From Syntrophales bacterium (GTDB lineage Bacteria; Desulfobacterota; Syntrophia; Syntrophales; UBA5619), in the NCBI GenBank assembly GCA_023229765.1, contig JALNYO010000022.1, forward strand, positions 1 to 32,000: a stretch of 32,000 nt of DNA. The letters are read 5' to 3'. A model generated the notes under the pieces. It did no database searches. It was not told the origin of the DNA and saw nothing but the letters and a program-made list of their open reading frames with translations. Shown here piece by piece: positions 1 to 7,213 of the stretch; the stretch's first letter is position 1; each line of letters opens with the position of its first letter. The position numbers and the translations under genes are program-made.

Positions 1-78
1 ATTCCCGCAACGATTCTGAGCGGGAATCTGGTTCTAACTGCTTGAAAAACCATATTCCCGATAGAGACATTCGGGAAT
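1..78. repeat. Two hairpin-forming palindromes sharing the half-site ATTCCCG/CGGGAAT
   Basis: Read directly: ATTCCCGC-N11-GCGGGAAT at 1-27 and ATTCCCGA-N9-TCGGGAAT at 54-78. They lie about 100-175 nt upstream of the XRE/cupin regulator start. The window edge prevents seeing the upstream context. Confidence 0.45.
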
Positions 79-176
79 GACAAATGGTTTTGCAATTGCT
101 TCATTATAGTATCCATATCTTGATCTAAAGTTTTTTAGCTGTCTGGACAGGTAAAAAATAGAAGAGGGGGGTATTA

Positions 177-740
177 ATGGCAACAAAAAAGGTAGTGAAA
201 AAACCGGAGAAGTCATCCTTTGGGCGCCGCATGAAGGACGCCCGCGAAAAAATGGGGATCAGCATTGAGGATCTTGCCCTGGAGACGGGATATGTGCATG
301 AGAATCTGAGCGCGGTTGAAGAGGGAAGAAGTGTGCCGCCCGTTTCGCTTGTCCTCCAGTTAAGCCGTGCGCTGAAAATGAACATGGATGAGCCGGAGTC
401 CAATGGAAAGGGAAACGCCCCCAAAAGGCGCACCAAAGGTCACAAGATGCGGGTGGATTCCTATGCCTATACGGTGCTGAGCAAGCCGGGGACGGACAAA
501 CACCTGCGCGGCTATCTGGTGAACGTTGATGCCAACACCGAGCATAAAGGGGTGGAGTACCACCATGAAGGCGAGGAGTTTGAATATGTGCTGAGCGGGG
601 CCGTGACCGTTCAGGTCGGAGAAAATATAACAAAGCTTTCCAAGGGGGAAAGCATCCACTTCAATTCCGGGTTGCGCCACAAACTGAGTAACCCGAATTC
701 AGAGCCTGCCGAGCTTCTCGTTATCATTTACGTTCCCTGA
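177..740 (+). CDS. XRE-family HTH transcriptional regulator with C-terminal cupin domain
   Basis: 187-aa ORF. N-terminus (GRRMKDAREKMGISIEDLALETGYVHENLSAVEEG) looks like an HTH_3/XRE motif. C-terminus (HHEGEEFEYVLSGAVTVQVGE...GESIHFNSGLRHKLSN) looks like cupin_2. SD GAGGGGGG lies just upstream of the ATG. Confidence 0.8.
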   Translation: MATKKVVKKPEKSSFGRRMKDAREKMGISIEDLALETGYVHENLSAVEEGRSVPPVSLVLQLSRALKMNMDEPESNGKGNAPKRRTKGHKMRVDSYAYTVLSKPGTDKHLRGYLVNVDANTEHKGVEYHHEGEEFEYVLSGAVTVQVGENITKLSKGESIHFNSGLRHKLSNPNSEPAELLVIIYVP

Positions 741-757
741 ATTGGAGGAGAAAAAAG

Positions 758-1897
758 ATGGCTTTTGAACTGACCCAGGAACAAGAAATGATCCGGCTGA
801 TGGCGCGGGATTTCGCCAAAAAAGAGCTTGAGCCGTTTGCCGGAAAGTGGTCGCAGGAAAAGATCTTTCCGGAAGCGGCAATCAAAAAAATGGGTGAGTT
901 GGGACTTTTGGGAATGATGATCCCCGCTGAATACGATGGCGCCGGCGCCGGGGCGGTCAGCTATTGCCTTGCCCTTCAGGAGATCTCCTATGCCTGCGCC
1001 TCAACGGGAGTCACCATGTCGGTGACAAACCTCTCGTCCGATCCCGTTTTTAAATATGGCAGCGAAGAGCAAAAGCGGCGCTACCTGATGCCGCTGGCAA
1101 GTGGAAAAATGATTGGGGCATTCGCCGTTACCGAGCCGGATGCCGGTTCAGACCCCGGTTCCATGACAACCCGCGCCGAGGACAGGGGGGATCACTACCT
1201 GGTAAACGGTTCCAAGGTATTTATAACAAATGCCGGTTATGCCGGGGTTATTAATCTTATCGCCCGGACCGGCACTGATAAATCGAACCGGGGGCTTTCG
1301 GCGTTCATCGTGACCCCGGATATGCCCGGTTTCAAAATCGGCCGCAAGGAAGACAAAATGGGGCTGTGTGCCTCCAATACCGTCGAGCTCCTTTTTGATG
1401 ACTGTATTGTGCCAAAGGAGAATCTCATCGGCAAGGAGGGATTGGGATTTAAAATTGCGATGGTGGCCCTTGACAGCGGGCGCATTGGCATCGCCTCGCA
1501 ATCCCTGGGGATAGCCCGAGCCTGTCTCCATGAGGCTATCGAATACGCAAAGACCAGAAAGCAATTTGGCAAAAGTATCGGTTCTTTTCAGGCAATTCAG
1601 TGGATGATTGCCGATACTGCCGCGGAAATCGAGGCGGCCCACTGGCTGACGCTGGCAGCGGCGGAAAGAAAGGATCGGGGAATTCCTTTTACACGGGAAG
1701 CGTCGATAGCGAAACTGTTCTCCTCTGAGATGGCCAACAGGGCGGCATACCGGGCCCTGCAAATCCACGGCGGGTATGGATACATGAAAGAGTACAAAGT
1801 AGAGAGGCTTTACCGCGACGCCAGGGTAACCGCCATTTATGAGGGGACTTCAGAGGTGCAGCGGCTTGTGATCGCCCGCGAGGTCATGGCGGACTAA
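758..1897 (+). CDS. Acyl-CoA dehydrogenase (short/medium-chain, butyryl-CoA dehydrogenase-like)
   Basis: 379-aa ORF with family-typical stretches (GAFAVTEPDAGSDPGSM, FITNAG, QIHGGYGYMKEYKVERLYRDARVTAIYEGTSEVQRLVIARE). GGAGG SD present. Starts 17 nt after the regulator. Confidence 0.9.
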   Translation: MAFELTQEQEMIRLMARDFAKKELEPFAGKWSQEKIFPEAAIKKMGELGLLGMMIPAEYDGAGAGAVSYCLALQEISYACASTGVTMSVTNLSSDPVFKYGSEEQKRRYLMPLASGKMIGAFAVTEPDAGSDPGSMTTRAEDRGDHYLVNGSKVFITNAGYAGVINLIARTGTDKSNRGLSAFIVTPDMPGFKIGRKEDKMGLCASNTVELLFDDCIVPKENLIGKEGLGFKIAMVALDSGRIGIASQSLGIARACLHEAIEYAKTRKQFGKSIGSFQAIQWMIADTAAEIEAAHWLTLAAAERKDRGIPFTREASIAKLFSSEMANRAAYRALQIHGGYGYMKEYKVERLYRDARVTAIYEGTSEVQRLVIAREVMAD

Positions 1898-1927
1898 AGC
1901 TTATGGGTAATGAAGTCAAGACGATAA

Positions 1928-3127
1928 ATGCTGATTGATCCTTTAGATACGAGCAGGATTGCCATAATTGGACCGGGACGTCTCGGAACGTCCTTTGCGT
2001 ACAAGTTTGGCAGAGACGGTAAGCGTGTTGCCATCTACTACAAGGATGTGGACTTCTGCCGGTCTATTAACCGGGAGCACATCAACCCGAGGCATCTCAC
2101 CGAGGACATCGCCCGGCGTCTCGGCGGCATGGATCTGGTGCCCCGCCTCGCTGCGACTGTCAAGGCGACGAATGATCTCGACCGTATCGTAGATGAGAGC
2201 GACTTTATCTTTCTTTCCGTCACGATGGACCGTCTGCCCGAGATCCTCGATCAGATCGAACCGATTTTGCAGCGCAAGACAACCAATACATGCTTTATTT
2301 CGCCGATAAAGGGGCTTTCCGCCGTTGAAACGGTCTGCCAGCTTATAACCCCCTCGCAGCTTATCGCCAACCGTTTCTACCGAATGAGCGAAAAGATATC
2401 GATTGTTTCTTTGGGGGGGCCTTTTTTTGACATGGATGTCGCGCTGGGGAATCCAGTCTGTCTTACTGTGGCGGGGCCGAAGCAGATCTGCGCCACCATC
2501 CGCAAGGAGTTTCTCGGCGCCAATCGCCGGGAGCTGACCTCTCTGTATAATTTTGACATAGTCGGGGCGGAGGCCTGCGGGGCGCTCAAAAATATCGTGG
2601 CAAATTTAAAAGGGGTTACCGATTGCCTTGCGCTGGGCGATTCGATCCCGGGGACCATTTTCTCCCGTTCCGGAGTGGAGATTCGCGCTTTGTCAAAGAT
2701 TCTGGGGGGTAGCTTTCAGGCCTTTCAAAGCCAGGCCGGCGTCGGCGACATGTATGTAACCCTTGCGTCCGAAGCGAGCAAAAATCATCGTTACGGAAGC
2801 TATTTCTACGAGATGTTCAACGGCAATCCGGTTGATACCCACTTAAACGTACTAAAAAGGATAGACGGCAAACCGGAAGGCCCCAATACTATCTTGAACG
2901 TTCACAAGTTTCTGGAAAAGCGCAATATGTACAGCCCGATTTTTCACTGCGCGTATAAGATTTTCAACGAGGAGCGCAGCCGGGAGGGGATAAAGGAGCA
3001 GATCATTAATGCCACTCAGTTTGACCGCCGGACCAGAGAGTACATCGGTCCTGTTTCCCGATTGCTTTATCGCCTTTTCCCGAATCTCTGGTACCGGCGG
3101 CACCGGGGGTTACTTTCCAAACCGTAA
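1928..3127 (+). CDS. NAD(P)H-dependent glycerol-3-phosphate dehydrogenase (GpsA) family protein, divergent paralog with C-terminal extension
   Basis: 399-aa ORF. Has an N-terminal Rossmann motif (IAIIGPGRLGTSFA). GpsA-like blocks are INREHINPRHL, GGPFFDMDVA, GAEACGALKNIVA, GVGDMYVTLASEASKNHRYG. About 60 extra C-terminal residues relative to the GpsA length I remember. Confidence 0.7.
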   Translation: MLIDPLDTSRIAIIGPGRLGTSFAYKFGRDGKRVAIYYKDVDFCRSINREHINPRHLTEDIARRLGGMDLVPRLAATVKATNDLDRIVDESDFIFLSVTMDRLPEILDQIEPILQRKTTNTCFISPIKGLSAVETVCQLITPSQLIANRFYRMSEKISIVSLGGPFFDMDVALGNPVCLTVAGPKQICATIRKEFLGANRRELTSLYNFDIVGAEACGALKNIVANLKGVTDCLALGDSIPGTIFSRSGVEIRALSKILGGSFQAFQSQAGVGDMYVTLASEASKNHRYGSYFYEMFNGNPVDTHLNVLKRIDGKPEGPNTILNVHKFLEKRNMYSPIFHCAYKIFNEERSREGIKEQIINATQFDRRTREYIGPVSRLLYRLFPNLWYRRHRGLLSKP

Positions 3128-3277
3128 CTATAAGTTTTTCTGTATTTTTTTACTGATCGCCGGGCCAGTTCCATTTTTAGGTAAAAAATTTTGCTATAAA
3201 AAAAATGTTGACATGAATTGTTTGATTGTGTTAGGCGCAAACCACATATCAAATTAATAGTGTTCGGGGATAGACGC

Positions 3278-3337
3278 ATGGATTCAAAAAATGTAATGCT
3301 TTTCTGGTGGTGGCGGACGATAAGCGTCTGCCCTTAA
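3278..3337 (+). CDS. Candidate tryptophan leader peptide (19 aa, MDSKNVMLFWWWRTISVCP)
   Basis: ATG at 3278 is preceded by GGGGA 7 nt upstream. Three consecutive TGG codons sit at 3305-3313 and TAA at 3335-3337. It lies 154 nt upstream of trpB2 and is followed by a terminator hairpin. Too short for the ORF track. Confidence 0.6.
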   Translation: MDSKNVMLFWWWRTISVCP

Positions 3338-3395
3338 TCCTTTTAAAAGGGGTGTGGGCAGGGGGAAACCCTACCCATTGCTCTTGATAAGTCAT

Positions 3396-3437
3396 AAAAC
3401 AAAAGGCCATGGGAGGATCCCGTGGCCTTTTGTTTTG
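3396..3437 (+). terminator. Intrinsic terminator (attenuator terminator) between leader ORF and trpB2
   Basis: A 19-bp stem pairs AAAACAAAAGGCCATGGGA (3396-3414) with TCCCGTGGCCTTTTGTTTT (3418-3436), including one G-U pair. The loop is GGA. The GC-rich core is followed by TTTTGTTTTG. Confidence 0.7.
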
Positions 3438-3490
3438 TCTTGTCAGGAGCTTTTATCAACCAACTTTAAAAAGGAAAGGAGAAAATTGTT

Positions 3491-4849
3491 ATGCAGACTA
3501 AAGTCGTTCTTGAGGATTACGAAATCCCAAAACAATGGTACAACATCCAGGCGGATTTGCCGAAGCCGATGAGTCCGCCCCTCCACCCGGGGACTGGAAA
3601 GCCGGTTACTGCCGATGATCTTGCGCCGATTTTTCCAATGAACCTGATCGAGCAGGAGGTCAGTCAGGAGCGCTGGATCGACATCCCCGGCGAGGTGCTC
3701 GACAAGTACCTGCTTTGGAGACCGAGTCCACTTTACCGGGCGCGCAATTTCGAGAAACTCCTCGATGCCCCGGTCAAAATCTACTACAAAAACGAGGGAG
3801 TCAGCCCCGCCGGATCCCACAAACCTAACACGGCGATACCTCAGGCATATTACAACAAGGCCTTCGGGATTAAGCGCCTTTCGACGGAAACAGGCGCCGG
3901 GCAGTGGGGAAGCGCCCTTGCCATGGCCTGCCAGATGTTTGGTCTGGAATGCCGGGTATTTATGGTCAAAGTCAGTTACGAGCAGAAACCTTACCGGCGC
4001 TTGATGATGAATACCTGGGGGGCGAACTGTTTCGCGAGTCCAAGCAACCTCACCGAGGCCGGACGGCAGGTTCTCGCCGAACATCCCGATTCCCCTGGGA
4101 GTCTCGGGATCGCGATCAGCGAAGCTGTCGAAGACGCGGTTTCTCATGAGAACTCCCGTTACGCTTTGGGAAGCGTCCTGAATCACGTCATGTTGCATCA
4201 GTCAATCATCGGTCTTGAGGCGCAAAAACAGTTTGAGAAGATCGGCGAGTATCCCGATGTCGTCATCGGCTGTGCGGGTGGCGGCAGCAATTTTGCGGGC
4301 ATTTCCTTTCCCTTTGTTCGTGATAAAATCCACGGAAAGCAGTTGCGGATACTCGCCGCGGAGCCTGCCCTCTGCCCGACGATGACGCGGGGGCCGTTTG
4401 CCTACGATTTTGGCGATCTCGCCAAGAAAACGCCGCTTTTGCCGATGCACACCCTGGGCCACGATTACGTGCCTGCCCCCATTCATGCCGGCGGGCTCCG
4501 CTATCACGGAATGGCCCCCCTTGTCAGCCACCTTCTGAATTTAGGGCTTATTGAGGCGCAGGCATACAACCAGCTCGACACCTTCGATGCCGGCATTAAA
4601 TGGGCGAGAACGGAAGGGTTTATCCCGGCGCCGGAGACGACCCACGCCATCGCCGCCGTTGTCGCGGAGGCCCGGCGGGCGAAGGAAGAGGGAAAAGAGC
4701 GAACGATTCTCTTCAACTGGAGTGGTCACGGGCTGGTCGATCTGGCGGCCTATGACGCCTATCTCAATGGCAAACTGGAAGCATACGAGTTTTCCGACGA
4801 TGAGATGAAAAGGGCGCTCAAGGCGATCGAAGGCCTTCCCAAGCCTTAG
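3491..4849 (+). CDS. trpB: TrpB-like PLP-dependent enzyme, tryptophan synthase beta chain type 2 (TrpB2)
   Basis: 452-aa ORF. The long N-terminus ([30 protein letters not shown]) is typical of TrpB2. Also has [18 protein letters not shown] (PLP lysine region), [11 protein letters not shown] and [19 protein letters not shown] present. Confidence 0.9.
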   Translation: MQTKVVLEDYEIPKQWYNIQADLPKPMSPPLHPGTGKPVTADDLAPIFPMNLIEQEVSQERWIDIPGEVLDKYLLWRPSPLYRARNFEKLLDAPVKIYYKNEGVSPAGSHKPNTAIPQAYYNKAFGIKRLSTETGAGQWGSALAMACQMFGLECRVFMVKVSYEQKPYRRLMMNTWGANCFASPSNLTEAGRQVLAEHPDSPGSLGIAISEAVEDAVSHENSRYALGSVLNHVMLHQSIIGLEAQKQFEKIGEYPDVVIGCAGGGSNFAGISFPFVRDKIHGKQLRILAAEPALCPTMTRGPFAYDFGDLAKKTPLLPMHTLGHDYVPAPIHAGGLRYHGMAPLVSHLLNLGLIEAQAYNQLDTFDAGIKWARTEGFIPAPETTHAIAAVVAEARRAKEEGKERTILFNWSGHGLVDLAAYDAYLNGKLEAYEFSDDEMKRALKAIEGLPKP

Positions 4850-4860
4850 AAAAGGGTAGA

Positions 4861-4904
4861 AATTCCGGGACCAGCCTTTTACAGGTGGTCCCGGAATTTT
4901 TTTA
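4861..4904 (+). terminator. Rho-independent terminator after trpB2
   Basis: A 13-bp perfect stem pairs AATTCCGGGACCA (4861-4873) with TGGTCCCGGAATT (4886-4898). It is followed by a T run through 4903. Confidence 0.75.
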
Positions 4905-5020
4905 CCATTTATCTTTTGTAAATGCCCTTATGGATAGACTGCCAGCTCTCGGGAAGCAAGCGCTTCTTTAGTGGCAGCTTTACCCAATAATGTGATAAAG
5001 AAAAAAAACAGGGGTGCGCA

Positions 5021-5299
5021 ATGGAACGCAAGGATGAAAAAACAAGCGATTATAAAACCCTGATAATCAGATGTCCGCGCCTCGGCGGGGAAGTTCCCTT
5101 TGCCTACTGTGAAAAGGAGGGGGGCGATCTCCCCTGCCGAATGGTTGTGGGCTGCTGGGAGGGAGTATTTTCGGTCGAGGGTTATCTGCGGGAGACACTG
5201 TCAGAGGCAGCGTGGATAAGACTTAACAGTCAGCCGCCGAAGGATAAACTGACAAATATTCTCGATATTGTTGAGAAGGCAAAAAAACGAATAAAATAG
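5021..5299 (+). CDS. Hypothetical small protein with four Cys (possible metal-binding)
   Basis: 92-aa ORF. Cys at residues 18, 30, 39 and 45 (IIRCPRLGGEVPFAYCEKEGGDLPCRMVVGCWEG), with a basic C-terminal tail. Weak SD. I do not recognise a family. Confidence 0.5.
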   Translation: MERKDEKTSDYKTLIIRCPRLGGEVPFAYCEKEGGDLPCRMVVGCWEGVFSVEGYLRETLSEAAWIRLNSQPPKDKLTNILDIVEKAKKRIK

Positions 5300-5316
5300 A
5301 TTAATTATCAACAGGA

Positions 5317-6681
5317 TTGGGATTGAAAAAGGAGCTGTTCGATAAAAAAAACCTGGGAACAGACAACCGACCGCTGGCTGACCGGATGCGCCCGCGGAGT
5401 CTTGATGAATACCTTGGCCAGGGGCATCTCCTCGCTGGCGATACCCTTTTGAAAAGGGCCATTGCGGAGGATCACCTTTTTTCGATAATATTTTGGGGGC
5501 CGCCCGGTTCAGGAAAGACAACCTTGGCCCGAATATTGGCCAAAGAGACCAAATCCCATTTCATCAGTTTTTCCGCTGTGCTCTCCGGAGTAAAGGAAAT
5601 ACGCTCTGTCGTTGAGGAGGCATCCGGGCTGCTGCGGTTAAGCAGTCGCCGGACGATTCTCTTTGTGGACGAGATTCACCGCTTCAACAAGGCCCAGCAG
5701 GACGCCTTTTTGCCCCATGTCGAAAGCGGCCTGATAACCCTGATCGGCGCGACAACTGAGAACCCCTCGTTTGAGGTTATCTCGGCGCTGTTGTCCCGGA
5801 TGCGGGTTCTTACTCTCAAGCCGTTTACCGTTACTGAACTTTCCGGGATAGTCAGGAACGCCCTGACTGATGCCGAGCGCGGGTTGGGCGCCCTCAAGCT
5901 TGAGATCGAGCCGGACGCCCTCTTGCAAATTGCCGATTATGCGGATGGCGACGCCCGAACTGCGCTGAACAATCTCGAAGCGGCAGCCTCGCTTGTGGAC
6001 AAAGGCTTGGAAAGTAACGGCCTGATCACCCGCGCAGTTGTCGAGCGGGCGATTCAAAAAAAGGCGCTCCTGTATGATAAAGATGGCGAAGAACACTACA
6101 ATTTGATCTCGGCGCTGCACAAAAGCCTCCGGGGAAGCGACCCAGACGCGGCCGTTTACTGGCTGCGACGGATGCTCATGGCGGGCGAGGATCCCCTTTA
6201 TCTCGTCAGACGGATGATCCGCTTTGCCTCAGAGGATATCGGGAATGCCGATCCCCGGGCGCTGAGCGTGGCAATAGATGCGATGCAGGCGTACCATTTT
6301 CTTGGTTCGCCGGAGGGGGAACTGGCGCTTTTCCAGGCGGCCGTTTATCTTGCCACGGCAACGAAGAGCAACGCGCTTTATGAGTGCTACGGCAGAACTG
6401 GACATGCCATAGAGAAAACCGGCGCGCTTCCTGTGCCGCTGCATATCCGTAACGCCCCAACTGGTTTGATGAAGGAGCTGGGCTATGGGAAGGGATATCT
6501 CTACGCCCATGATTTTTCGGATGCATTTGTTGCCCAGGAATATCTGCCCGACGAACTCCGCGGCGAAAAGGGGCGCTTCTATAAGCCGACAGACCGGGGT
6601 TATGAGAAGATCATCCGGGAACGAATTGAACAATGGCGGCTGATGAAGAATTCCGACGCCGCAAGACGAACGAAAAGGTAA
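5317..6681 (+). CDS. rarA: Replication-associated recombination protein A (RarA/MgsA), AAA+ ATPase
   Basis: 454-aa ORF with PLADRMRPRSLDEYLGQ, Walker A GPPGSGKTT, Walker B LFVDEIHRF, and the C-terminal MgsA block (HYNLISALHKSLRGSDPDAAVYWL...GEDPLYLVRRM). The TTG start at 5317 is uncertain. Confidence 0.9.
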   Translation: MGLKKELFDKKNLGTDNRPLADRMRPRSLDEYLGQGHLLAGDTLLKRAIAEDHLFSIIFWGPPGSGKTTLARILAKETKSHFISFSAVLSGVKEIRSVVEEASGLLRLSSRRTILFVDEIHRFNKAQQDAFLPHVESGLITLIGATTENPSFEVISALLSRMRVLTLKPFTVTELSGIVRNALTDAERGLGALKLEIEPDALLQIADYADGDARTALNNLEAAASLVDKGLESNGLITRAVVERAIQKKALLYDKDGEEHYNLISALHKSLRGSDPDAAVYWLRRMLMAGEDPLYLVRRMIRFASEDIGNADPRALSVAIDAMQAYHFLGSPEGELALFQAAVYLATATKSNALYECYGRTGHAIEKTGALPVPLHIRNAPTGLMKELGYGKGYLYAHDFSDAFVAQEYLPDELRGEKGRFYKPTDRGYEKIIRERIEQWRLMKNSDAARRTKR

Positions 6682-7213
6682 AAAGTAAGAGGGATATCCC
6701 TTTTTCCAGGAATTGTCTGTCAGCGGCGACTTTTTTATCGGAGTTGGCATATTTCTTGGTTAGGTGGAAGGTGGAATGGACAATGGGACACGGGTTAATA
6801 ACAAAAGGGGAGGTCCAAAGAACCCCCCCTCATTCAGGAGTTGGAAAGCTTGTTGGCCTTCCTTATTCTATTTCAGCGCTGTTTGATCGTGCCCGCGATC
6901 AGTCAGCATGTATCTTTGTAGGTTTATATAGCATTAAGTGTGCCATAGATAAGTAATGCCGATAAGGCAATGAAATAATTTATAATTATAGTATGGCGAT
7001 CGATACTGTCTTTTCCTGCTTTCGCAAAAGGGAGGCAATAAATGTCGCCCCGGCTGATTTTAATAATAATTAAAGTGAATGATAACAGTTAGTTTTAGAA
7101 GGAGAGCCTTTTTGTCAGCAATCGACAAAAATGTCGAAACGTCTTTATTCCTCCCGCTGTTCGGTGAACCGTCAACCAATTCGGGGGGATTTTAACTTTT
7201 ATGGAAAGTTTTT

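Noticed and set aside
3208-3236. Possible promoter for the trp leader: a perfect TTGACA (3208-3213) preceded by an A-rich tract
   Set aside because: The hexamer 17 nt downstream is TTAGGC, a poor -10. No better-spaced -10 was found, so it is not reported as a feature. TSS mapping is needed.
3354-3572. 72-aa + strand ORF spanning the trpB2 upstream region
   Set aside because: It runs through the attenuator hairpins and out of frame into the trpB2 start. It has no SD. The region is better explained as leader RNA.
6745-6759. Sigma-54-like motif TGGCAT-N5-TTGG upstream of the kinase operon
   Set aside because: The -12 element reads TTGG rather than TTGC, so the GC dinucleotide is missing. It also lies about 450 nt from the kinase ATG. 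This is too weak to call.
6633-6956. 107-aa + strand ORF overlapping the rarA 3' end and extending into the intergenic region
   Set aside because: It starts inside rarA in another frame, has no recognisable motifs and no convincing SD. Coding status cannot be supported from sequence alone.
7184-7194. The 11-mer GGGGGGATTTT is shared with the 15052-15062 arm of the dctP-dctQ hairpin
   Set aside because: By a rough estimate, exact 11-mer matches are expected many times by chance in 32 kb. No extended similarity surrounds it.
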